NCBI GenBank assembly: GCA_009774175.1
Contig: VSNG01000002.1
Coordinates: forward strand, 11,095-75,094
Origin: Lachnospiraceae bacterium
GTDB lineage: Bacteria; Bacillota; Clostridia; Lachnospirales; Lachnospiraceae
Length of the DNA stretch: 64,000 nucleotides
Direction: 5' to 3'
Shown here: in pieces, positions 29,815 through 39,551 of the stretch
Numbering within the stretch: position 1 is the first letter of the stretch
Layout: every line of letters begins with the position of its first letter
The notes under the pieces: model-generated
The model's database searches: none
Told to the model about the DNA's origin: nothing
Seen by the model: the letters and a program-made list of their open reading frames with translations, nothing else
Position numbers and translations under genes: made by a program

Positions 29815-30863
29815 TATCCCCTGTATACTCCTCTGTCCACCATATAATAGTTCTCATACCGCCTGTTGTTTAACAGGCAGGCCAGCACCGAACCGCCGCC
29901 CTGCACCCGGAACAGCGCGTCGCAGGTCGACAGCAGATATGTCTCGATCAAATAATCGACGGCCCGTTCCTCCGTGCTCTGGTGATCCGTCTCAATGTGT
30001 CCGCCTACCCCTTCTTTATAGGGATGCCCTTCCTCGTCAAAATAACGCGGCAGCGTTCTCCCCTCCATATACAGACATTTCTCCCCAAACTCCCGTTTCA
30101 TTCTCTCCGCGTAATATCTGTCGTCAGGAGAAAGGAAAAGATATTCACAGCCAAATTCCCGCATGTACCGATGGGCATACTCGATATATTCGTCAATATT
30201 TAACCCTTTCGGATGATTCACATACATTTCCGTATGCGCCACCTCGCCCCAGTACAGACCGGCGCGCATGCCGATTCCCAGTATTTTACTGCCTCCCGCT
30301 CTGCCAAAGAGGGTTTTTCTTATTTCCTGCGCCCTTTTCAGAATATCGGGCCGAATGCGGATATATTTCGCCATCGCCTCGAAATAGGGCGTATACATCT
30401 CATCCGACAGTTCCCTCATTTGTTTCCAGTCCACACTGCCGTAGGGCTGTCCCTTATCCGGCGCCAGAATCACACGGCTGCTCTGATATACGTCCTCCAG
30501 AGAATAGCCGGGCGCCGGCTGCTCAAAATAATACTCCCAAGCGTTTTCCTTTCCTTTGTGCTCCTCATTCTGAACGCCCTTAATATAACAGCGTTTCAAA
30601 TCAACCACGGGTATCCAGCCCCGCTCGGTTGCATACTTGATATTGTTGAGCACAATGCTGACCGTCGTTGCCAGTCCCCAGCTCTGGGGCCACTGCGAAT
30701 AAATCACATAAAACGTCTTATCCTTATTCAGCTCTCCGTAACGGTGCACCCGCATGGCGCGTTTATTTTTATATACAATCTTTATCCGCTGAAACCATTC
30801 GTTATACGCCCGCCTTACGTTTTCCGAAACAAGCTTTCTATATATCCCTAATAAAAAATTCAT
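29814..30863 (-). CDS. hypothetical protein, no confident family (possibly fucosyltransferase-superfamily-like GT)
   Basis: 349-aa ORF with GAAGAGG before ATG 30863. No transmembrane segment. The C-terminal segment YLLSTCDALFRVQGGGSVLACLLNN is loosely reminiscent of the GT11/GT23-type terminal motif. Confidence 0.35.
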   Translation of the reverse strand: MNFLLGIYRKLVSENVRRAYNEWFQRIKIVYKNKRAMRVHRYGELNKDKTFYVIYSQWPQSWGLATTVSIVLNNIKYATERGWIPVVDLKRCYIKGVQNEEHKGKENAWEYYFEQPAPGYSLEDVYQSSRVILAPDKGQPYGSVDWKQMRELSDEMYTPYFEAMAKYIRIRPDILKRAQEIRKTLFGRAGGSKILGIGMRAGLYWGEVAHTEMYVNHPKGLNIDEYIEYAHRYMREFGCEYLFLSPDDRYYAERMKREFGEKCLYMEGRTLPRYFDEEGHPYKEGVGGHIETDHQSTEERAVDYLIETYLLSTCDALFRVQGGGSVLACLLNNRRYENYYMVDRGVYRG

Positions 30864-30963
30864 CTAATACCTCTTCGCCTATCCCTATTTCTTTCCAGTA
30901 TAACACAAATGTCTGCATAATTCTTCCACTTTATCTACAGATACCCATGCGGCCTCATTATCT

Positions 30964-31668
30964 CTAATCGGAAATCATCATATACGCCTGCAAGTATTCT
31001 TTGATCGTTTCTTTGGAATTAAACATCATCACATCAATAATTGACAAATTCGGTTGAAATTCATTGTCAAACTGTTGGTATACAATATTCTGCGTTTTTA
31101 CGAAATTTAACCGCAGGCCATGTTCCCGGAATGCCTCATAGGAATACAATTCCCGGCCGCCTATCGCATTATAGTACTCTGTCGCGCCCAACAGCTTGCA
31201 TATCGCCAGAACCTTATCCTGGCCTCTCAGGGTATTGTCCTTTTTCAGGTCGGAAGACATAATCAACCCGGTCTTTATATCCAAATAGTTTCCTATCACC
31301 TCAAACGAATGCTTGATATACTTTGCAATATTATCTTCTTCACACCACAGGATCTCTTCTAACATCGGATTCACAATATCATAATAGGGCGCTTTTCTAT
31401 AAGCGCCCTCTATGCTCCTTAAATTCTTGCAGATGACGGCCTCATTGTGATCCACCCGCACTTCATTAATCAGGACATTGGATGAGGAACCCAACATTGG
31501 CACATTAAAATACTTAGGCGCTCCATTCACCAAAATTCTGTTTCTGTTAATCCATCCGCCCTTGATAAAGTTCACATCGTCATAGATCACATACTGATCC
31601 ACAAAATTCATCAACTGCCAATAGCCTATATAAGGCATGAAATAGGGCTGCATAATACCCAGTCTCAC
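30964..31668 (-). CDS. WbqC family protein
   Basis: IMQPYFMPYIGYWQL N-terminus is typical of WbqC-like proteins. GTG start at 31668 is preceded by AGGAGGAG. Confidence 0.8.
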   Translation of the reverse strand: MRLGIMQPYFMPYIGYWQLMNFVDQYVIYDDVNFIKGGWINRNRILVNGAPKYFNVPMLGSSSNVLINEVRVDHNEAVICKNLRSIEGAYRKAPYYDIVNPMLEEILWCEEDNIAKYIKHSFEVIGNYLDIKTGLIMSSDLKKDNTLRGQDKVLAICKLLGATEYYNAIGGRELYSYEAFREHGLRLNFVKTQNIVYQQFDNEFQPNLSIIDVMMFNSKETIKEYLQAYMMISD

Positions 31669-31684
31669 TCGACTCCTCCTGCTT

Positions 31685-32794
31685 CTAGCGTTTACACCTA
31701 ATCACTATACTGCATATCCGTTCCACATCTCTTAAGTCCAGATCCGCATAAAGAGGCAACGTCAACACCCTTTGGCTGATCAGCTTCGCCATCGGCGTAT
31801 TCTCCACGTTATATTTCCCATGAAAGCAGTCAAACGTATTCGTCAGCGGATAAAAATACTTCCGCGCGCCGATATTCTCACGTTCGAGGGCTTCCTGCAC
31901 CTCGTTCCGATCTGCACCAAATTTTTTTTCATCTATGATTATCGGAAAATACGCGTAATTCGTATACACGCCTTCCTGCAGGCTGTTGAGCCGCAATCCC
32001 TTTACGCCCTCCAGCCGTTCCCGGTAATATGAAACTACCTTCTCCCGTCTCTCCCGGTTTTCCTTCAAATGTTTCAGGTTGCAGAGGCCCATAGCCGCGC
32101 AAAATTCATTCATCTTCGCATTGGCTCCCACACCCTCAACCGTCTCCTCATCACGGATTCCAAAATTCTTCAACTGATATAGCGTTCTGCCAAGAGCCGG
32201 ATCCCGGTAACAGCAGGCTCCTCCTTCAATGGTGTTGAACACTTTCGTGGCATGAAAACTAAAACAGGAGGCGTCGCCAAACTGTCCCACCGCCCTATCC
32301 TTATAGCGGACACCAAAAGCATGGGCCGCGTCGTAGAGCACCTTTAAATGATATTTATGCGCAATCCTCTCTATTTCCTCCACATCGCATATATTCCCAT
32401 AGACATGCACCGGCAGGATCGCCGAGGTTCTGTCCGTGATTAATCCCTCAATCTTAGACGCATCAATCGTAAAATCCCTTTCATTGATGTCGCAAAATAC
32501 CGGTTCCAAACCGTTTCTGATAATGGCGTGGGTGGTCGACGCAAAAGTAAAGGGCGTGGTGATCACTTCCCCCTCAAGTTTCATCGCCTGCACGGTAAGC
32601 TCCAAAGCCATATGGCCGTTGGTAAACAGCTCCACTGAAGGAACCTCCAAATATTCCTGCAGTTTCTCCTGCAGCTCAACATGCTTGCTTCCCATATTGG
32701 TCAACCAGTGCGTCTGCCAGAGCTCCCTGATCTCTTCCACGTATTCGTCCAACTCCGGCATCGACGATCTTGTCACATTAATTCTATCCGACAT
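31685..32794 (-). CDS. DegT/DnrJ/EryC1/StrS family PLP-dependent sugar aminotransferase
   Basis: NGHMALEL, DAAHAFG, SFHATKVFNTIEGG (Schiff-base Lys). ATG 32794 is preferred; an alternative GTG at 32812 would form a GTGA overlap. Confidence 0.85.
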   Translation of the reverse strand: MSDRINVTRSSMPELDEYVEEIRELWQTHWLTNMGSKHVELQEKLQEYLEVPSVELFTNGHMALELTVQAMKLEGEVITTPFTFASTTHAIIRNGLEPVFCDINERDFTIDASKIEGLITDRTSAILPVHVYGNICDVEEIERIAHKYHLKVLYDAAHAFGVRYKDRAVGQFGDASCFSFHATKVFNTIEGGACCYRDPALGRTLYQLKNFGIRDEETVEGVGANAKMNEFCAAMGLCNLKHLKENRERREKVVSYYRERLEGVKGLRLNSLQEGVYTNYAYFPIIIDEKKFGADRNEVQEALERENIGARKYFYPLTNTFDCFHGKYNVENTPMAKLISQRVLTLPLYADLDLRDVERICSIVIRCKR

Positions 32795-32808
32795 TTTTTT
32801 CCGGCCTT

Positions 32809-34596
32809 TCACGCATCCTCAAATATCTCTTTTTTATCCTTGGCAGTAATCTGTTTATCCTTCACTTCGTAGATCAAGTCGCACTTTCTGACGGTGGTAA
32901 GCCTGTGCGCCACTATTATGAGCGTTTTATAGCCTTGCAGCGCCTCAATCGCCTTCATCACTTCCGATTCCGTCTCATTGTCCAAAGCTGCCGTAGCCTC
33001 ATCTAACACCAAAACGTCCGGATTGCGGTATAGGGCTCTTGCAATCGCCAGTCTCTGTCTCTGTCCTCCGGAGAAACGCACGCCACGTTCTCCCACTTTA
33101 GTATCCAAGCCATGTGGCAGCTTTCTAATAAAATCATCCAGCTGCGCAATCTTTAAGGCCTGCCAAACCTTTTCGTCGTCAATTCTTGTCTTTTTTTCTC
33201 CAAAGGCAATGTTATGGCGAACCGTATCGTCTATGATAAACGTGGCCTGCGGCACATATCCGATAATTCGGTTCCACTGATCGCCCAAATCTTCTATGTC
33301 AATGCCATCCATCAGGATCTGACCCTCTGTCGGCTTTAACAGTGCCAAAATGATGTCGGACACCGTGGTCTTCCCGGCTCCGGAGGCGCCGATAAAGGCA
33401 ATGGACTCTCCCTTTTTGATGGTAAAATTCACATTTTCCAACACATTTTCCTCTGCCTCCGGATACCGAAAGCTGACCCCTTGCAAAGCAATCTCCCCCT
33501 GAAGCTGTACATCGGTATACTTTTTCTTCAGTTCAGTTTTTGTCTGCTCCTCCTGTTCTAACTGTTTTACCTGCCGCACTGTCTCATAACAGGCGCCCAA
33601 TTGAGCGGTACTCATGGTAATCGTATTAATCCCGCTCGTGATTGCCCCCAACGCCGGCAGAATACGGAACGCGCCCGCCGCAATCGTCGACAGCTGTGCA
33701 ATCAGCTGCGTTACGTTACTGGTGTTTCCCATTTGTACCGCTACCGCCACTAGAATCCCGGTAATACAGATCATTTCAATCAGGTATGCAGGCACCGTAG
33801 TTCCCATATCCACTTTTACGGACACACTGCTGTACTTCGCTTTGACGTCCCCGTACTCCTTAATGAAATATTCCTGTTTGTTCATCACCAGAACTTCTTT
33901 ATGTCCCTGAATCGCCTCCATGGCAACTTGATTCATCTCACACATCAGATCTCTTCTGATAATTCCGTTTTTACTCATGGACTTTCTGTACAGCAGCTGA
34001 ATCACAAGCAGACAGAGCAACGCAAGCAGCAATAAGACCAATGCCATCTGCACAGATTGCATCATAATATAAGCGCCGATACACAAAATCGTCAATAACT
34101 TCATTAGCGACGTAAAAAGAGTCTTTAAGATGCCGTAAATACTGGACGCATCCCCTGAAATCCCGTTAATCAGGCGGGATGTATTGTTTTGCACAAAGAA
34201 AAGATACCCTTGTTTCATATAGGCTTCTAACACCCTGACACCCAATTCTCTCTGTACCATATAGGAATATTTGGCGGAAACCCAACTGTAAAATGTAAAA
34301 TACACGGTCTTTGCCAGATAAATAGCAATAACGCTTCCGCAGACAAACCAGATCACCTTAAGATCGGTATCCAGATGGAGTAATTTCACAAAGGGAACCA
34401 TATACCATCTGTTACGCACGCCCTTAATATCCAGCATCATATCCAACACCGGCATGATCACCGCAACGCCAAGCGTCTCTATAAGAGCCGCCGCCACACT
34501 CATAAGCAAGATATACACCGCATATCTTTTCTGCTTTTTCGTCAGAATATATAACAGTTTGTGCAAAACATCCTTCGCTTTTCTAAACTCATTCAT
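32809..34596 (-). CDS. ABC transporter, fused permease/ATP-binding half-transporter (MsbA/PglK type exporter), second copy
   Basis: Walker A GASGAGKTT, signature FSGGQRQR, Walker B LVLDEATAALD. ATG 34596 is preceded by GAAGGGA. The N-terminal 34 codons in the track overlap the upstream gene and are rejected. Confidence 0.9.
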   Translation of the reverse strand: MNEFRKAKDVLHKLLYILTKKQKRYAVYILLMSVAAALIETLGVAVIMPVLDMMLDIKGVRNRWYMVPFVKLLHLDTDLKVIWFVCGSVIAIYLAKTVYFTFYSWVSAKYSYMVQRELGVRVLEAYMKQGYLFFVQNNTSRLINGISGDASSIYGILKTLFTSLMKLLTILCIGAYIMMQSVQMALVLLLLALLCLLVIQLLYRKSMSKNGIIRRDLMCEMNQVAMEAIQGHKEVLVMNKQEYFIKEYGDVKAKYSSVSVKVDMGTTVPAYLIEMICITGILVAVAVQMGNTSNVTQLIAQLSTIAAGAFRILPALGAITSGINTITMSTAQLGACYETVRQVKQLEQEEQTKTELKKKYTDVQLQGEIALQGVSFRYPEAEENVLENVNFTIKKGESIAFIGASGAGKTTVSDIILALLKPTEGQILMDGIDIEDLGDQWNRIIGYVPQATFIIDDTVRHNIAFGEKKTRIDDEKVWQALKIAQLDDFIRKLPHGLDTKVGERGVRFSGGQRQRLAIARALYRNPDVLVLDEATAALDNETESEVMKAIEALQGYKTLIIVAHRLTTVRKCDLIYEVKDKQITAKDKKEIFEDA

Positions 34597-35335
34597 ATTG
34601 CTTTCCCTTCGATGCAAAGAAAAACCCTTCCGGCTGGTACAGACATGTGTTAAAAGCCAGTCTTTTGCCATCCGTCGTATTAACCGTATAATATCCAAGA
34701 TTTTTGTGATCCGGGCGACTGATATCTATATCAATTTCAAACGGCGCGTATTTTACATTTCCATATCCGTAATCCGCAAACAATTCCGTGATCTTCGGAA
34801 CGGAATATATATTGTAATATACTTGTGAAAAATCAGATTCCTTCGTGGGTTTCCCGTAATTTTCAAGACTGATCGTATAATTGATACTGCCTTCATAAAA
34901 CAACGAAGAAAACGCAATCCAATTCGGATTCAGCTTACACATCTGTTCAATCGGGCCTCGGTACTCAGGAAGCCACGAAAGCGTCTGCAGGCTGATAATC
35001 CCATCAAACTGATTTGTCAGCGTATGATCCAAATTGAATACGTCCCCATATTGAAATTGAATATTACCACTCGTTCCCTGATATAAATCAAACAATTTTG
35101 TATTAATGTCTATGCCTGTAAAGCTGCTGCTCAAATGCTTTTGTGCGAAATAAGAGGTTCCCGATCCGGGACCGCAGCCGATATCCAAAATCTTTTTGTG
35201 ATCCAAATCCGTGTTCACAGCCAAAAATTTTTCAAAAGCCACCGTAATTCGATATGGCTCCCTAAACTGCCTAATATACCATTCCAGATTATTCTCTTCC
35301 GTCCAGTAATCAATATTTTTCTTTTCTTGCCCCAT
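34589..35335 (-). CDS. class I SAM-dependent methyltransferase
   Basis: ILDIGCGPGSGT (motif I). 248 aa. Confidence 0.8.
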   Translation of the reverse strand: MGQEKKNIDYWTEENNLEWYIRQFREPYRITVAFEKFLAVNTDLDHKKILDIGCGPGSGTSYFAQKHLSSSFTGIDINTKLFDLYQGTSGNIQFQYGDVFNLDHTLTNQFDGIISLQTLSWLPEYRGPIEQMCKLNPNWIAFSSLFYEGSINYTISLENYGKPTKESDFSQVYYNIYSVPKITELFADYGYGNVKYAPFEIDIDISRPDHKNLGYYTVNTTDGKRLAFNTCLYQPEGFFFASKGKQYE

Positions 35336-35338
35336 GTC

Positions 35339-36253
35339 CTAACCCTCAAAAAGTATCCAGCCGTCTAAATACTGTGTTGCCTCTCCGAATCCGTCATTGT
35401 ACCAACGATTCGGCGCCATTACGATCTTTCCTTCCTTCTCAGACAAAAACTGCCCCCACCAACTAAAAGTACTGTTGGACATAATAAAATGACTGCATTT
35501 TGTCATCAAATACAAGCTTTCATAGTCATAGTCGCTCCTATCCTCATATATAACAGGAAAATCCAGATTCATACGCTTTACATCGTCTATATCATCGGAA
35601 AAAACATAAAAGACCGGATGATCCAAACGCTCCGACATTGCCCTCATGGCCGCTTTATAATAGGCTTCCGTGCACACACCAAACTGCGTATTATTGACAT
35701 AATCCCCCCTTCTGATGTGCACACACACGGACTCCTCCGCCGTGATCCTGCGCTCCATATCCTGAATCTTCTCCGGCATACATTCCACAATTTTAAAATC
35801 TCTCAACAAAATATCCCGAATCGGTTCAATCTCCTTCGCTTCCTGAAACCAACCGTTCATATAGATATTTCTGTGAAATCTCAGCAGAAAATGACTTGTC
35901 GTCCCCGCGCAATGATCCTTCTGAACAATACCCAAAAGATAGAACAGCTTTTCCAGCTTTTTTTCCCTGCGTATTGCAACATCCTCCTGCCGTCCGGCAA
36001 CGAAATAGCTGACTAGTCTTTTCGCAATCTCCCCACGGATTCGGAATGGTATACCTGTTGCCCCGTAATCTATCATTTCCACATCTTCACACAGGCAAAA
36101 ATGGTGCAGTGAAAAATTTCTCAATTCATCCTGTTGGACAACCGTTGTGTCTAATGCAAGCCGGTCGATTCCCAGCTCTAACTGCAGCTTGCGCGCCATG
36201 GCATACTCAAACATTTGATTACCCAATCCGCCTTTTATCCTAACAACGATCAT
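35339..36253 (-). CDS. alpha-1,2-fucosyltransferase (GT11)
   Basis: IKGGLGNQMFEYA, HIRRGDY, SNSTFSWWG are the classical GT11 motifs. ATG 36253 is preceded by GGGGAGAG. Confidence 0.85.
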   Translation of the reverse strand: MIVVRIKGGLGNQMFEYAMARKLQLELGIDRLALDTTVVQQDELRNFSLHHFCLCEDVEMIDYGATGIPFRIRGEIAKRLVSYFVAGRQEDVAIRREKKLEKLFYLLGIVQKDHCAGTTSHFLLRFHRNIYMNGWFQEAKEIEPIRDILLRDFKIVECMPEKIQDMERRITAEESVCVHIRRGDYVNNTQFGVCTEAYYKAAMRAMSERLDHPVFYVFSDDIDDVKRMNLDFPVIYEDRSDYDYESLYLMTKCSHFIMSNSTFSWWGQFLSEKEGKIVMAPNRWYNDGFGEATQYLDGWILFEG

Positions 36254-37241
36254 CACGCTCTCCCCTATGAGTAATCTTAAAAAAAGCCTTCCTTCCCAAC
36301 AACCTGTACACAAAATAAGTCAACGGGTCGTTGTACCACTTTGCGCGTTTGATATTCCATTCATGGTTATCATCCAAAAGTCTGTCATTAAATAGAACCG
36401 GCTTCACATTCTCAATTCTGTATTCAAACTCCCTGATCTGATCCAATTCCAGACCCACATGTTTTTTATTGTCTTCCGAATTGCCAACAATGTTTTGACC
36501 GCTTCCGTCCCAACCCCAGTTTCTTACTTTTGTCTTCGTCGGATTGATTGTACAAAACCCGTTGATTGCCAAAAAAATCCCCCTGTTGATATCTGTATTC
36601 AACAACGTTTCCTCTATAGACGGATCGATTATCGTACCAAGCATTCTCGAAAAAAGTCTTTTTCTTCTCCTGTAAATCGTCCACATCAGCCGCATATTTT
36701 TTGCCGCATACAGCCATTTTCTCATTGTCAGCTGCTCGTGAATCACTTTCTCTTTTTCGCGCCAAATCCCCATGCCCCATGCGCAAAAATTTGTAAGCGC
36801 TATAACGTTGTCATCACCATATTTAAAGCCTAAATCATCCGCATAGCCACATATACCGTACACTGTTGGATGATTTTCAAATCGCTCAAGGCCCTTATTC
36901 ATATATACTAAAAAATTGCCAGCAAACTCATTATCGTCCTCTGAAAAAATCAGTCTATCGTGTTCTTTAAAAACCACTTCTTCAAGATACCCGTAATTTT
37001 CCTCAGCCCCCAAGTTTGTCTCCTGAAAAATAACATGCACCCTGTGAAACCCTTCTATCGGATTCTTCAACATTTGGCAGACTCGTTTCCAACCTTCCAC
37101 ATATTTTTCCGCGGGCGGATAATCAACGCTGATATATACTTCCGTCTTGTCCGCATCCGTATTTTTCTGCAAAGACGCAATACATCTTTGCAAATGTTCA
37201 TATCTGTTGCATGTGGTTATCATAACCGGCGCATATATCAT
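36240..37241 (-). CDS. GT-A fold glycosyltransferase (GNT-I-like; same architecture as 12260..13207)
   Basis: ITTCNRYEHLQRCIASL, ETNLGAEENYGY, LIFSEDDNEF (EDD motif). ATG 37241 is preceded by GGGGGA. Confidence 0.55.
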   Translation of the reverse strand: MIYAPVMITTCNRYEHLQRCIASLQKNTDADKTEVYISVDYPPAEKYVEGWKRVCQMLKNPIEGFHRVHVIFQETNLGAEENYGYLEEVVFKEHDRLIFSEDDNEFAGNFLVYMNKGLERFENHPTVYGICGYADDLGFKYGDDNVIALTNFCAWGMGIWREKEKVIHEQLTMRKWLYAAKNMRLMWTIYRRRKRLFSRMLGTIIDPSIEETLLNTDINRGIFLAINGFCTINPTKTKVRNWGWDGSGQNIVGNSEDNKKHVGLELDQIREFEYRIENVKPVLFNDRLLDDNHEWNIKRAKWYNDPLTYFVYRLLGRKAFFKITHRGERDDRC

Positions 37242-37345
37242 CTTTTCCCCCGTTCTCTGTTGCCTGCACGTATCTTGCCGTTTCATCCGTTAATGCAATT
37301 ACGCAGGGCACGGATGTGCTTCGCAATGGCTTTCCCGCCGTCCCG

Positions 37346-38899
37346 TTACCGCACCGCCTCCGTCAACTCCTCATAGCTGTCAAACAAAAACAGCAGATAA
37401 TCCTCCGACTGATAATCCGCTTTCTTCCGGGACAGAGCCCCCTGAAAGGAGCACACTCCATACTCTTCCTCCGTAAGCAGCACAAAAACCCTGCCCTCCG
37501 GCCGTGTGATCTGATGAGCCGCATTCTGCAGCCATGGAAGCACATCGTCCACGTCACGCAAGGTGGACAGATCATCCTCCCACACCCAAACATCGATCGC
37601 CCCGTCGGACAGCTCCCGCAACACATTGCCATTCCAGAACGTGGCGTATCCCTCACAAGCTCCTTCTTCCTGCACAAGATACGTCACAATAGGACGAAGC
37701 TGCGCCGTCTTGTCCATACTGCCGTAACGCGCATATCGAAAAATACCGCTAAGCAGAATGCCGCCACCCAAAAAAACAAGCAGTCCCGTTTTCACATATC
37801 GATTCCATGTAATCTCAGACAAGTTCAAAATCATAAGCGGGATGGCAAACACCATGGCCGCCATGTTATATCTGTCCGAGTACAGCATATCGGTAAAAGT
37901 ATACATACAGAAAAAAATGCCGTACACCCCTGTAAAGTACACTGCCAAAAGCCAGATTGGCTCTGACTCTCCCCACTTCTTAACAACCGTCCGAGCCACG
38001 CACACAACCATCACCAAGGCAAGCACGCAGCTGAACGCACTAGCTATCGGCGTCGGTTTCCCGTCTCCATAGGAATAGCCGAAAGCGCGCAACGTACCGA
38101 AGAAAAGATCCCGAATTCCCTGAACGGACACCCGGAATTTCATGCCACCGACCCAAGTCTCGTACCAATAATGTCCCGCCAACACGCAGGAGTTAACCAA
38201 ATATCCCGTGCAGGAAGCGACAAGTCCCACTGCCGAACAGGCAAGATATCCCGAAGGCTTCCTCTGTATTAACGCCATCAAAACCGTTGCGGCAAACAGC
38301 GGTAGATAAAGCACCACCAGATGTCTGATGCCGCCAAGACCGGTCATAAAAGCAAGCACGACCGTGAATGCCAACACAGCTTTTTTCATCCTCGTCGAGG
38401 CGCGTGCATAATGAAACACCATTCCCACCGCAAAGAAGGAAATACTGATAAAGGACGCATATAAAAGCGCCAACAGCACATATTCAAAATAACCGTCGGA
38501 AACCGGCAAGAGCAGAAATATGGCGGAAACCGCATAGATCTTTTCCTGTCCCATCTGCCGCATCATATAGTAGTAACTTACAAGCATCAGCAGATAGGAA
38601 ACGACACAGGCTCCTGTCCTGACCATTGTCCAGTCCCGGAAAAAATGAAAAAAGAATGAGTAAAGCAGCTGTATATTTAATACGCGAAGCTCCGTGGAAT
38701 AAAACCAATTTCTGGAGATCAGCGCGTGTTCCCCGTTTAAAATCTCCGCCAGAAGCATTTCACTGGAAATATCGGAGTCCGTCAGCATATCCCCGCGAAG
38801 CTGCATAAAAACGGAGAGGTAGACAAACAATCCAACCAGGCATATCCACGGCAGAGCCTTGATCCATCTATTTAACAGCTTATCCGTTTCCCGCTTCAT
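37346..38899 (-). CDS. polytopic membrane protein, GT-C-like, with soluble C-terminal domain
   Basis: 517 aa with more than 10 hydrophobic segments. Acidic first loop LRGDMLTDSDISSE. Soluble tail of about 110 aa. Confidence 0.45.
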   Translation of the reverse strand: MKRETDKLLNRWIKALPWICLVGLFVYLSVFMQLRGDMLTDSDISSEMLLAEILNGEHALISRNWFYSTELRVLNIQLLYSFFFHFFRDWTMVRTGACVVSYLLMLVSYYYMMRQMGQEKIYAVSAIFLLLPVSDGYFEYVLLALLYASFISISFFAVGMVFHYARASTRMKKAVLAFTVVLAFMTGLGGIRHLVVLYLPLFAATVLMALIQRKPSGYLACSAVGLVASCTGYLVNSCVLAGHYWYETWVGGMKFRVSVQGIRDLFFGTLRAFGYSYGDGKPTPIASAFSCVLALVMVVCVARTVVKKWGESEPIWLLAVYFTGVYGIFFCMYTFTDMLYSDRYNMAAMVFAIPLMILNLSEITWNRYVKTGLLVFLGGGILLSGIFRYARYGSMDKTAQLRPIVTYLVQEEGACEGYATFWNGNVLRELSDGAIDVWVWEDDLSTLRDVDDVLPWLQNAAHQITRPEGRVFVLLTEEEYGVCSFQGALSRKKADYQSEDYLLFLFDSYEELTEAVR

Positions 38900-38956
38900 T
38901 TAAGACAACCGCTCCTCTCCCCGCACGCCCTTATCGGGACAGCTGCAGACACCGCC

Positions 38957-39487
38957 CTATATGCCGATTCCATATAAGGCTGATACTGCGTCTTCCCACT
39001 GCCCCCGCTCTTTTAACAGCGCACAGATCACGTCCCGCACAGCGCCGCTTCCGCCCTTTACCTGTGCCACATAATCCGCATACGCCTTCACCTCTTCGCA
39101 GGCGTCCGCCGGACACCCAACGAAACCGCACAGCTTCATTGGCGGCAGATCATTGAGGTCATCCCCGATATAACCGATCTCCTCCTGCAGAATCCCGTTT
39201 TTCTCCATAAAATCCGCAAGATAGGAAGCTTTATCTTTAATATTCTGCACAACGTAATCAAACTTCATCTCCTGCATCCTGCGGGTGGTCGCCTGACACT
39301 CCCTGCCGGTCAGCACCATAAGCCGTATTCCCGCCTGATGCGCCGCAAAATAACCGGCGGCGTCTTTGGTACAGAACTTTTTTAATTCATTTCCATGTTC
39401 GTCATAATAAATACCGGCATCCGTCATGGTTCCGTCCACATCGATGACCAGATATTTGATTTTATCCAACTGTTCTTTGTTCCGCAT
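38957..39487 (-). CDS. HAD-IIIA phosphatase, KdsC family (ulosonate-phosphate phosphatase)
   Basis: LVIDVDGTMTD (DxDGT), GDDLNDLP. 176 aa, typical KdsC size. GGAGGAAG before the ATG. Confidence 0.85.
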   Translation of the reverse strand: MRNKEQLDKIKYLVIDVDGTMTDAGIYYDEHGNELKKFCTKDAAGYFAAHQAGIRLMVLTGRECQATTRRMQEMKFDYVVQNIKDKASYLADFMEKNGILQEEIGYIGDDLNDLPPMKLCGFVGCPADACEEVKAYADYVAQVKGGSGAVRDVICALLKERGQWEDAVSALYGIGI

Positions 39488-39551
39488 TACTTCCTCCGCT
39501 TCTTTACGCCCCGCGGCAGTCGGACCGCGATACCGGCGCGCGCAAAACGCT

